A stretch of 41,038 nt of DNA from Candidatus Colwellbacteria bacterium (GCA_030700125.1 JAUYKE010000002.1:1-41038), one strand, 5' to 3'. Positions 20,306 through 28,681 are shown, counted from the first letter of the stretch. Program-made: numbers and translations. The notes: generated by a model from the letters alone, not told the origin.

Positions 20306-20810
20306 TGGTAATCAGGTTGTATACTTTTTCGACGGCTTCTGCAACGGTGGTTTTGGAGGTGTCAATCACGAGGTCGGGGTCTTGAGGGCGTTCGTAGGGG
20401 GTATTGGGAGAGACACCGATTAGGTTGGAAATTTCGCCGGCTTTAGCTTTGGAATAAAGATTTTTAGTATCGCGTCTGATCAAAACTTCTATCGGACAAT
20501 CAATGAAAATTTCTTTGTAATCTTCGACGAAAATCTCGCGGGCTTTGTCGCGAGTTTCCTGGAAAGGAGAGATGACGGCGACGACGATAATGTCATAGTC
20601 GTTTTTGATAGATTCACAGTAATCAATAATTTTGTAATTGTTTTCTAGGATTGCCTCCCTGGAGAATTGATTAGTGGTACCGGCTTTGGCGCGGAAGCGA
20701 TCACCATCAACATGATGAACGGAATAGCCGTCATCGGCTAATTTCTTTTCAACTCTCTCGGCAATCGTGCTTTTACCGGAACCGGACATCCCGGTGAACC
20801 AGATAATCAT
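20298..20810 (-). CDS. cysC: Adenylyl-sulfate (APS) kinase
   Basis: IIWFTGMSGSGKSTIA P-loop, HVDGDRFR, VISPF. Typical 170-aa length. Confidence 0.9.
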   Translation of the reverse strand: MIIWFTGMSGSGKSTIAERVEKKLADDGYSVHHVDGDRFRAKAGTTNQFSREAILENNYKIIDYCESIKNDYDIIVVAVISPFQETRDKAREIFVEDYKEIFIDCPIEVLIRRDTKNLYSKAKAGEISNLIGVSPNTPYERPQDPDLVIDTSKTTVAEAVEKVYNLITNV

Positions 20811-23044
20811 TATTTCTCAAAAAGGGTAGTGGGGGATTTTTTGTACCAGTTTTCCAGCATGTCAGCGATCTCGGGGCGCATGATCTCGCGAGGAATCTTT
20901 TTGCCGCTTAAGAGATGCTTCCTGGCGGCGGTGCCGCTAATCAAAGTTCTCGATTTTACCGAGTGGCGGCATTTGTCTGTCACTTTTTTGCAGAGTTTAC
21001 AATAGTTGGCCGCTTCCAACATGATTGGGGTAATGCCAATATCTTTTATACCCAGATCATAAAAGATTTTTTGAGATGCATCGGGGGCGTAGAATTCGCC
21101 GACGCCGGTGTGGTCACGGCCAATAATAAAGTGGCTGCAGCCGAGATTCTTGCGGCAAAGGGCGGTAAAGACCGCTTCACGCGGTCCGCTGTAGCGGGAA
21201 TAAGTTTGGAAGGCGCCGACAACTACCGGGTAGGGCTCGTAGACACCATTCTCCACCATAATTTGATAGGCACCCACAATGGCATCCGGCTTGAAGTCAC
21301 CGGTTTTCTTGGGACCGACCACAGGACTGATAAAGAGGGCATCGGCGTTCACTCGCTTTAAGGCTTCTTTCTGAATAAATTCGTGGCCACGGTGAGGGAC
21401 GTTGCGAGTGTGAAAACCGACAATTGTTCGCCAATCAAAATTTTTAAATATTTGACGAGATTGTTTTGGAGTTAAAGTGTAAGAAGCAGGGAAAAGCCGC
21501 GGTTTTTTTAAAAGGAAAACTTCGCCGCTTACAATGTAGTCACCAAGCTTAAAGATACGGGCGACGCCCGGATGGACGTGGCTATCGGTGCCGAACCATC
21601 GTTTAGCGGTTTCCTCCAAGTCAATTTTTTGGATATCCGAAACCTCCAGCACGGCATAGCGTTCTTTATCACCTTTGCGACCAAGAGCAATGCGCTGGCC
21701 TTTCTTGAAACTAATTTCCTTTTTTGGAAGCTGGAAGATAATAGGCAGAGTCCAGACTACCCCATTGGGCAAGCGGTAATCTTCTAAGACAGAGTTCATT
21801 TCCCGCTTATTCATGAAGCCGCGGATAGGAGAATAAACACCATCAGTGATTTGAGTAACATCCAAGAGAATCTCTTGGCTTACATCAACTTTGTGGAGCT
21901 TTTTGGCTTGCGCCTGCATCGCTCCGTCGGCGTAATTCTGTACTAGCTTTCCGCCGTGGGGCTCAACCAATGTGAAAGAGTAGTCATAGAGATCACCGTC
22001 GTAGCGTTGGCTTTTCTCGCGGCGGTGGAGATAATCTTCGGTTTCCCTAATAACACCGGCGATCATGCGGACAGACTCAACGGGATACTTGCCAACAGCC
22101 GTTTCCGCAGCAAGAACTAAGCCATTTGCTCCGCTCATTAATGTGCTCGTGATGTCGTTGACTTCAGCTCGAGTGGGCTGGCCGGCGTGAATCATGGTTT
22201 CTAGAAGATTAGTGGCGACGTAAACTGGGGTATTGGTTTCTTTGCCGATGTTTAGAATGTGCCTTTGGGTGAGGGCGATTTCTTGAATAGGCACTTCGCG
22301 AGAGAGATCGCCTCGATCGATTAGTATGGCGTCGCTTGCTTTGGCAATCTCTTTCAGGTTTCGGATGCCGGTCATACTCTCAATCTTGCTGACAAGGGAG
22401 ATTGGATAAGGAAAAAAGGAGCGGAGCCGATCCACGCCCTCCTTACTAGTGGCAAAAGATAAGGCGTAGTTATTGATTTTGAATTTTTTGCCGATTTTAA
22501 AAGCGGCGAGATCTTTCTTTGTAAATGGAGGGAGCTTAATGGGCCTGTCCGTGGCAACACCTTTATTGGAGCCGATAACGCCGCCGGAGAGAGTCCGGGC
22601 AAGAACTTTACCGGACTTGATTTGGATGACTTGGACGATAACCGACCCAAAATCAATGTAGAGAAGATCGCCTTCCTGGAGAGTTTTCGCCGGATCAATC
22701 GGATAGAGAGGAATTTTGGTTTCAGTACCAAGCTCACTTGCCTTGACGAGAGAAACCAAGCTGTGAGTCTTAATCTCAAGTTTGCCGCCTCTCATTTTAC
22801 CGTTTCGGATTTGCGCGCCTTCAGAATCCAGCGAGAGCGGTTTTTTAGTCCATGACTGGATCTGCTTTATGAGGCGCGGCAGGTCTTTAGCTTGAGTGTG
22901 GGAGAGGTTGAGCCGGAAGAGATCAACGCCTGACTCGTCCATTTTTTGGATTATTCTCTTATCTGTGGAGGCAGGGCCGATAGTAGCTAAAACCTTGGTT
23001 AGCCTATTTGGTTTTTTCTTTGAGGGCATATTGAATGAGTTCAA
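20810..23044 (-). CDS. Fusion protein: pyruvate-kinase-like catalytic barrel (no C-terminal regulatory domain) + sulfate adenylyltransferase (ATP sulfurylase)
   Basis: N-terminal half: TKVLATIGPAS, FRLNLSH, LDSEGAQIR, VSKIES, DRGDLSREVP, PTRAEVNDI, LAAETAVGKYP. C-terminal half: VEPHGGKLV, HTRNVPHRGHEFI, GPREAVFTALCRKNLGCSHFIIGRDHTG. The start may be the second Met (23029). Confidence 0.8.
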   Translation of the reverse strand: MNSFNMPSKKKPNRLTKVLATIGPASTDKRIIQKMDESGVDLFRLNLSHTQAKDLPRLIKQIQSWTKKPLSLDSEGAQIRNGKMRGGKLEIKTHSLVSLVKASELGTETKIPLYPIDPAKTLQEGDLLYIDFGSVIVQVIQIKSGKVLARTLSGGVIGSNKGVATDRPIKLPPFTKKDLAAFKIGKKFKINNYALSFATSKEGVDRLRSFFPYPISLVSKIESMTGIRNLKEIAKASDAILIDRGDLSREVPIQEIALTQRHILNIGKETNTPVYVATNLLETMIHAGQPTRAEVNDITSTLMSGANGLVLAAETAVGKYPVESVRMIAGVIRETEDYLHRREKSQRYDGDLYDYSFTLVEPHGGKLVQNYADGAMQAQAKKLHKVDVSQEILLDVTQITDGVYSPIRGFMNKREMNSVLEDYRLPNGVVWTLPIIFQLPKKEISFKKGQRIALGRKGDKERYAVLEVSDIQKIDLEETAKRWFGTDSHVHPGVARIFKLGDYIVSGEVFLLKKPRLFPASYTLTPKQSRQIFKNFDWRTIVGFHTRNVPHRGHEFIQKEALKRVNADALFISPVVGPKKTGDFKPDAIVGAYQIMVENGVYEPYPVVVGAFQTYSRYSGPREAVFTALCRKNLGCSHFIIGRDHTGVGEFYAPDASQKIFYDLGIKDIGITPIMLEAANYCKLCKKVTDKCRHSVKSRTLISGTAARKHLLSGKKIPREIMRPEIADMLENWYKKSPTTLFEK

Positions 23045-24311
23045 TGGTATTTTTAAAACCTTCTTGGGTCAACTTGGGCATTTGCTTTTTGTACTTGCCG
23101 GATCTAATTAGTTTCAGTTTTTCTTCCAGCGTGATTTTACTTGTGACATAATCGATTCCTGGAAAATCTTTGTAATAATCTCCCATCAGTTCACGATTTG
23201 GATCGAGAGAAAGAATTGGCTTCTTTGGGTACTGGAGAGAGGCGGCAAAAAGAAGGGTGCTCAGTGATGGCGGGAGACCGATAATAACATCAGCTACGTT
23301 TAGGTAAGTCTCGGTCGGGCCATTTAGCTCCATTATTTTTACTTTGGGCGAGATTGATTCAAGCTCTTGCTTGAGAAATTCATAATTTTTGGTGGCTGGA
23401 TGAGTAGAAATAATAATTTTCCAATCCGGTAGGACGCTTTGAGCTAGCTGGAGAAGAGCTCTCCAACTGTTGAGCCGTCTTTCATTTGAGATAAAGAATA
23501 AATTTCTTCTGAAGCCTGCTTCGATATCTCCCGGGAGTAAAACAAGGGCAACTTTCTGCTTCTCTCTTGGCAGGGTTTGAAGCGGGGAAGAGAGAAAATT
23601 GTCAAAGAATTTTTTACTGGTAAGGAGGGGATGGGGAAGAATGATTAATTTCTTTTCAGGGACGCCATTTTTGGAATAGATGTCCCATTCTCTTTTATTG
23701 AAAACTGTTTGGTAGCTGGCATCTCTCATTCCAGACTCTCCTTTTAGGAGGATGTGGCTTGATTTACCGAAGAACGGTCCTTGAAAGTTTGCTAATGGTA
23801 AGAGCCAGTAATAAAAGAAATGGCCGATTAGCCTCCGTGTTTTAATGAGATTGAGCCGCAGGGGTAGGGGAAGAAACCTTGGAAGTCGGAGGTGCGCTTC
23901 GCCTAGAGTAATCCATTTAGCTGACTGGCCGGGAAAGGCGCTAAGAGCAGCTTGGATGGCAATGTTAACTGCTCCAACTTTCTTTGCTTCCCGGAAAAGA
24001 TACATCTCAAATAAATAGAGGTCGTTGGCGACAATGATCGCTTTGGGCTTGTACCGATGAATTACCTCTTTGGCCAAGCGGGACAGCTCCCGGTTCCTCC
24101 TTAATAAACTGGCTTTTTCTTCAGTATGCTGGTGAACGGGGATGATTTTTTCCAATCCGGGAAAAAGTTTTTTGTTTTTTACAATTTCCTCGGTAAATTG
24201 ATCAAGCTTTTCTGATAAAAGCACTACCGGATACTGGCTGGCCAATTCGTAGAGATGACCGATTAAAGTGGTGCGAAAGGAACGGGGAACAGAAGTGTAG
24301 AAAAGAATCAT
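23004..24311 (-). CDS. Hypothetical protein, possible GT-B-fold transferase with a TagF/KpsS/sialyltransferase-like HP motif
   Basis: 435-aa ORF in the operon. WKIIISTHPATK (strand + HP) and DVIIGLPPSLSTLLFAA resemble the C-terminal half of TagF/capsule/bacterial sialyltransferase-type enzymes. No confident family call. Confidence 0.4.
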   Translation of the reverse strand: MILFYTSVPRSFRTTLIGHLYELASQYPVVLLSEKLDQFTEEIVKNKKLFPGLEKIIPVHQHTEEKASLLRRNRELSRLAKEVIHRYKPKAIIVANDLYLFEMYLFREAKKVGAVNIAIQAALSAFPGQSAKWITLGEAHLRLPRFLPLPLRLNLIKTRRLIGHFFYYWLLPLANFQGPFFGKSSHILLKGESGMRDASYQTVFNKREWDIYSKNGVPEKKLIILPHPLLTSKKFFDNFLSSPLQTLPREKQKVALVLLPGDIEAGFRRNLFFISNERRLNSWRALLQLAQSVLPDWKIIISTHPATKNYEFLKQELESISPKVKIMELNGPTETYLNVADVIIGLPPSLSTLLFAASLQYPKKPILSLDPNRELMGDYYKDFPGIDYVTSKITLEEKLKLIRSGKYKKQMPKLTQEGFKNTIELIQYALKEKTK

Positions 24312-24320
24312 CTCCGACGC

Positions 24321-25820
24321 TTACGGGCGGAACCCCGACCCCTTTCGGGGGTCGGGGTTTATCTCCGACAGGACCTTTTCCAGAGAATCGCAAACGTAGA
24401 TGACCTCTTCTTCGGTTAGATTATTATGGAAGGGTAGGGCGATGGTCGCTCCGGACACTCTTTCGGTGATCGGAAAATCACCCGCTTTGTATCCAAATGT
24501 TCCGACGTAGAGTGGCTCAAGATGAATCGGTGGGAAGCGGTCGCGACAGTTCACACCTCTCTTCCCCAGCTTAGCGATAACCTCGTTTCTTTCTTGGCGG
24601 GAGAATTTTTCCGGGTTGAGCTGGATAACATAGACAAACCAGCTCATTTTATTGATTTCAGGGCCAACATAAGGAATGTGAACGTTCTTGATTTTTTTCA
24701 GACGTTCATTGTAAAGAGAGGCAATCTGGCTTCGCCTTGCTAAAATTTCTTCGATCCGTTTCATCTGGGTCACACCCAGGGCGGCGGAAAGTTCAGTCAT
24801 TCTGTAGTTGTAGCCGAGTGTTGTATAAGCAAGCGAGCCGGGTTTTTCTTCTCTCCCCTGATTTCTCATGCTCCGACAGAGTTCCGCCACTTCATCGTTA
24901 TTAGTAACAATTATCCCTCCTTCAGCAGTGGTGATCTGTTTATTGGGGGTAAAACCAAAAGCGGCGATATTACCGAAAGATCCGGCTTTTTTACCTTTGT
25001 ATTCAGAGCCGAGCGCCTCGCAGGCATCTTCAATCACAATCAAGTTATGCCTTTTGGCGATATCAAGAATTGGATCCATGTCGGCGACGTAGCCGAAGAT
25101 ATCAACGGGTAAAATTGCCTTTGTTCGAGGAGTAATTTTCTCTTCAATCTTTGCAGGGTCAATGCAGAGGGTTTTCTCGTCAATATCAACAAAGACCGGT
25201 TTGGCTCGCTCAAATAGGGGAGCATTAGCTGAAGCGATAAAACTGAAGGGAGTAGTAATTACCTCATTGCCGTCTTTAATTTCGAAAGCTCTCATAGCCA
25301 AGTGAAGTCCACTTGTACCGCTATTTACCGCTATTGCGTGCTTCATGCCAATGTAATCGGCGAAAACTGATTCGAACTCTTTGATCTTCGGACCAATAGT
25401 TAGATAAGGAGAGGAAAGAACTTCTTTAATGGCTTCTACCTCTTCGGAGGTTATGTCTTGCTTGGATAGGGGTACTTGTTTTAATTCGATAAGAAGCACT
25501 ACGTCCGCCATCGTCCCGTCCGGATTAACGATGGGAATCTGATAGATGCTTTTCTCGGTCATTGTTTTCAAGAGCTCCGAAGGGGAAGTGTCTTTGGTAG
25601 CGGTGATAAGACTGGTAATCATAATATCGGTGACGGAGGAATTGAGATTTTTGCCGGCCAGTACCGCTTCCCGGATATCGCCATCAGTTACGATGCCCGC
25701 TAATTTTTTCTGGTCGTCAATAACAAAAGCAGCCCGGATACCGCTTTGATAGATAGAATTTATCGCGTCCTTGATCGTTTTAGACCTATGGACGCAGATG
25801 ATATTGAGGTCTTTGGTCAT
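24321..25820 (-). CDS. CBS-domain pair fused to a DegT-family sugar aminotransferase
   Basis: Residues ~1-115 are CBS-like (GIRAAFVIDDQKKLAGIVTDGDIREAV; IYQIPIVNPDGTMADVV). The rest is DegT (AIAVNSGTSGLHLA, VIEDACEALGSEYKGK, FGFTPNKQITTAEGG). Confidence 0.8.
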   Translation of the reverse strand: MTKDLNIICVHRSKTIKDAINSIYQSGIRAAFVIDDQKKLAGIVTDGDIREAVLAGKNLNSSVTDIMITSLITATKDTSPSELLKTMTEKSIYQIPIVNPDGTMADVVLLIELKQVPLSKQDITSEEVEAIKEVLSSPYLTIGPKIKEFESVFADYIGMKHAIAVNSGTSGLHLAMRAFEIKDGNEVITTPFSFIASANAPLFERAKPVFVDIDEKTLCIDPAKIEEKITPRTKAILPVDIFGYVADMDPILDIAKRHNLIVIEDACEALGSEYKGKKAGSFGNIAAFGFTPNKQITTAEGGIIVTNNDEVAELCRSMRNQGREEKPGSLAYTTLGYNYRMTELSAALGVTQMKRIEEILARRSQIASLYNERLKKIKNVHIPYVGPEINKMSWFVYVIQLNPEKFSRQERNEVIAKLGKRGVNCRDRFPPIHLEPLYVGTFGYKAGDFPITERVSGATIALPFHNNLTEEEVIYVCDSLEKVLSEINPDPRKGSGFRP

Positions 25821-25845
25821 TTTGAATAGAAGTTAAAATTTAGAA

Positions 25846-26283
25846 TTAATTATTACTCTTTTTTTCTAAAATGATTTTTCCACCCTGAACCACGCCCATT
25901 ACTTTCGCGGGCACACCCCAGGCGGCAGAGTTATCGGGTATGTCGGTCTTGACTAAACTGTGAGCGCCGATAATGGAATTCTCTCCGATCGTTACGCCGG
26001 GTAAGATAGTCGTACCGGCGCCGATTTTCGCGTTTTTCTTGATGGTGACTAGCCCTTCTTTTTGGTCAATAGTGGAGACTGAATAAATCCGACAGCCAGC
26101 TCCGATTTGGACATTGTCTTCAATGGTCACTCCGTTAACAGCATGGATGTAAGTAAAGGCGCCAATATCTGTTCTGGATCCTAAACGGAAAGAATCTACG
26201 CCTTTTACAACCCAATGCCACTTGGTCATCTCGCCATCTACTATTTTCGGCGGTTGCCAATTTTCAAATCTATCTTCAGGCAT
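25846..26283 (-). CDS. Left-handed beta-helix (hexapeptide-repeat) acetyltransferase
   Basis: Repeating [LIV]G-x4 hexapeptides (IEDNVQIGAGCRIY, KNAKIGAGTTILPGVTIGENSIIGAHSLV). 145 aa. Confidence 0.75.
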   Translation of the reverse strand: MPEDRFENWQPPKIVDGEMTKWHWVVKGVDSFRLGSRTDIGAFTYIHAVNGVTIEDNVQIGAGCRIYSVSTIDQKEGLVTIKKNAKIGAGTTILPGVTIGENSIIGAHSLVKTDIPDNSAAWGVPAKVMGVVQGGKIILEKKSNN

Positions 26284-26322
26284 TTATATTTACCGCGATG
26301 TTATCACGGCTAGTTTTATTGT

Positions 26323-27489
26323 TCAACGACCAGGAGGGGGCTTAAAAAATAATTTATCCGTTCCGATTAAGTTAAAAATTTTCTCTAGAATTTTAACGAT
26401 GCGGCCGCTTACGTCTCCCGAGCCGTAGGGACTTTTGGCGTGGCGGGCTTGGGCTCGAAATGATGGAGTTAAAGCCTTATTAATCGTTGATTTGATACCT
26501 TTCTCGACGTAGCCAGCGTGAATGATGTTTGTGCTGCCCGGGCGGCCAAGTTGGCGGGTGCCGATATTTACTACCGGGATTTTGAAGTAAGCAGATTCAA
26601 TGAAACCGGAGCTGGAATTACCGACGAGGAGGTTAGCATGTCTTAAAAAGCTCAAGTATTGAGGGCGGGGGAGGGTCTTAAAGACGTGAAATCGGTTTCT
26701 GTTTTTGTATTTCTCTATTTCGCGAATAAAGATTTCGCTGCCAGTATCGGCATTAGGATAACTGACTAATTTTTCGGTGTCGTATCCGGCAAGAGTTTCG
26801 AGGAGCGGTTTGATTTGCTTGAAAAAAGGCGTCTTATCGAGGGGAGCTGGGTGATGGACAACAAAGAACCACTTTTTATTAGGATCCAAATTAAATTTTT
26901 TGGCTAACTCTTTTTTGGATGAATATTTTATTTTCGATAGGCCATCTAGTCCGGTGGCACCTACATTGAAAACCCGCCATCTCTCTTCCCCCAGCGCTAA
27001 GACTCTTTTTGCATTCGGTGCGCAAGAGGTGAAATGAATGTGGCTGAATTTGGTGATTGCGTGCCGGATAAATTCATCCGGACCCGCGCCGCTTACATCG
27101 CCACCATTGATATGAGCTACCGGGATTTTGAGATGCGTGCCGACAATGGCGCCGGCTAACGCCGGAGCGATGTCGCCTAAGACGAAGATGAGATCAACTC
27201 TGTTTTTTTCACAATAATCACTGATCCCCTTGATCTCTTTTGCTAAAACTTCCGGCATGTCATCTTTTTCACTTACAGGGACGACGGCGGCAATCGGCAT
27301 TCTGTCCTTCTCGATCTCGTTTAGGGTGAGCCCGAATTTTTTTAAGGTATGCATGCCGGTCACTAAAAATTTCGGCGAAAACTTTTTGCTTTCAAGTAAT
27401 GCCCTCATTACCGGCTTTAATAAACCGTATTCGGCCCGGGTACCGGTAACAATAAGGATGTTTTTCTTGCGGGTTGGCCTGAAACTCAT
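26323..27489 (-). CDS. neuC: Hydrolysing NDP-N-acetylhexosamine 2-epimerase (NeuC/LegG family)
   Basis: ILIVTGTRAEYGLLKPVMRAL, VAHINGGDVSG, NSSSGFIE. 388 aa. Confidence 0.8.
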   Translation of the reverse strand: MSFRPTRKKNILIVTGTRAEYGLLKPVMRALLESKKFSPKFLVTGMHTLKKFGLTLNEIEKDRMPIAAVVPVSEKDDMPEVLAKEIKGISDYCEKNRVDLIFVLGDIAPALAGAIVGTHLKIPVAHINGGDVSGAGPDEFIRHAITKFSHIHFTSCAPNAKRVLALGEERWRVFNVGATGLDGLSKIKYSSKKELAKKFNLDPNKKWFFVVHHPAPLDKTPFFKQIKPLLETLAGYDTEKLVSYPNADTGSEIFIREIEKYKNRNRFHVFKTLPRPQYLSFLRHANLLVGNSSSGFIESAYFKIPVVNIGTRQLGRPGSTNIIHAGYVEKGIKSTINKALTPSFRAQARHAKSPYGSGDVSGRIVKILEKIFNLIGTDKLFFKPPPGR

Positions 27490-27509
27490 TAGAGTGAAAT
27501 CTGATTAAG

Positions 27510-28610
27510 ATGAAGTCTACTAGAAAGATAGTAGTTGGCAATAAAACCATTGGCTACGGTGAGCCAGTTTTTATCATCGCTGAAGCGGGCGTGAATCACA
27601 ATGGGGAGCTTGAAAAAGCCCTCCAGTTGGTGGATATCGCTGCCGAGGCGGGCGCTGACGCAGTGAAGTTCCAGACTTTCCGAGCCGAGCAGGTAGTGAT
27701 TGAGTCCGGCGAGATGGCTGAATACCAAAGGAAGAATATCGGAGAGGGGTCCGCTAGCCGGCGGAGTCAACGGGAAATGCTCCGCGAGCTGGAGTTGAAA
27801 GAAGAATTCTATCAACCAATAATGGATCGCTGTCGAGAAAAAGGGATTATCTTCTTCTCTGCGCCCCATGGAGGAAAAGCAAGCGTGGATTTTCTAGAAT
27901 CTCTGGACATACCGCTTTACAAAATCGGTTCCGGGGATCTTACAAACTATATTTTTTTGGAGAGAGTGGCTGCGACAAAAAAGCCAATAATTTTAAGCAC
28001 TGCTATGTCATTTATGTATGAGGTAAAGGATGCAATTGATTTTTTAAAGAAGGGAGGTGTAGTCGATTTAGCTCTATTACACTGCACAACTAACTACCCG
28101 TGCCCTCTTGAGGAAGTAAATTTGGCGGCCATGGTTCGTATGATGGAAGAGTTGGATGCTATTGTTGGATACTCGGATCACACCTTGGGGCAGGAAGTCG
28201 CTGTTGTGATAGCAAGTTTGGGAGCGGCGATTTATGAGAGGCATTTTACGATTGATAAATCGTTGCCGGGACCGGATCATACTTCCTCTGATAGCCTGGA
28301 AGAGTTTAAGGAAAAAGTTGAAGCGATTCGACGTACTGCTATTGGATCTGTTATGCCGGATTCACTTCTTATGGGAAGTGATAAAAAAGAACCGACCAAA
28401 AGCGAATTGGCATCCATGAGGCTAACGATTCGGAAAAGTATTGTTGCGGCGGGGGATATGGAAGCCGGCCATGTGATAGAGAAAGATGATTTAGAAGCCA
28501 AGCGTCCCGGCGACGGTGTTTCACCAACCGAGTTCGAGAGGTTTACTGGAGGGAGACTAAAACGCGCCGTTCAAGCTGATCAGCAACTTAAATTCGAAGA
28601 CATCGAGTAG
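27510..28610 (+). CDS. neuB: Nonulosonic acid synthase (NeuB/LegI family) with C-terminal SAF domain
   Basis: VFIIAEAGVNHNGELEKA, DAVKFQTF, YKIGSGDLTN, HCTTNYPCP, GYSDHT, then an SAF-like tail (SIVAAGDMEAGHVIEKDDLEAKRPG). Confidence 0.85.
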   Translation: MKSTRKIVVGNKTIGYGEPVFIIAEAGVNHNGELEKALQLVDIAAEAGADAVKFQTFRAEQVVIESGEMAEYQRKNIGEGSASRRSQREMLRELELKEEFYQPIMDRCREKGIIFFSAPHGGKASVDFLESLDIPLYKIGSGDLTNYIFLERVAATKKPIILSTAMSFMYEVKDAIDFLKKGGVVDLALLHCTTNYPCPLEEVNLAAMVRMMEELDAIVGYSDHTLGQEVAVVIASLGAAIYERHFTIDKSLPGPDHTSSDSLEEFKEKVEAIRRTAIGSVMPDSLLMGSDKKEPTKSELASMRLTIRKSIVAAGDMEAGHVIEKDDLEAKRPGDGVSPTEFERFTGGRLKRAVQADQQLKFEDIE

Positions 28611-28650
28611 TCACTATAATAATTTCGCGATCGCAGAATTACTATAGTGA
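28611..28650. repeat. 40-nt palindromic element, copy A (TCACTA...CGCGATCGCA...TAGTGA)
   Basis: Near-perfect 40-nt palindrome immediately after the neuB stop. Same length, termini and CGCGATCGC centre as the element at 40165-40204. Confidence 0.7.
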
Positions 28651-28651
28651 A

Positions 28652-28681
28652 GAAATCCCGCGTGAGCGGGATTTCTTATTT
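28652..28681. terminator. Intrinsic terminator between convergent neuB and the class-III aminotransferase gene
   Basis: gaaatcccgc gtga gcgggatttc (10-bp stem, GTGA loop) followed by ttattt. Confidence 0.65.
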
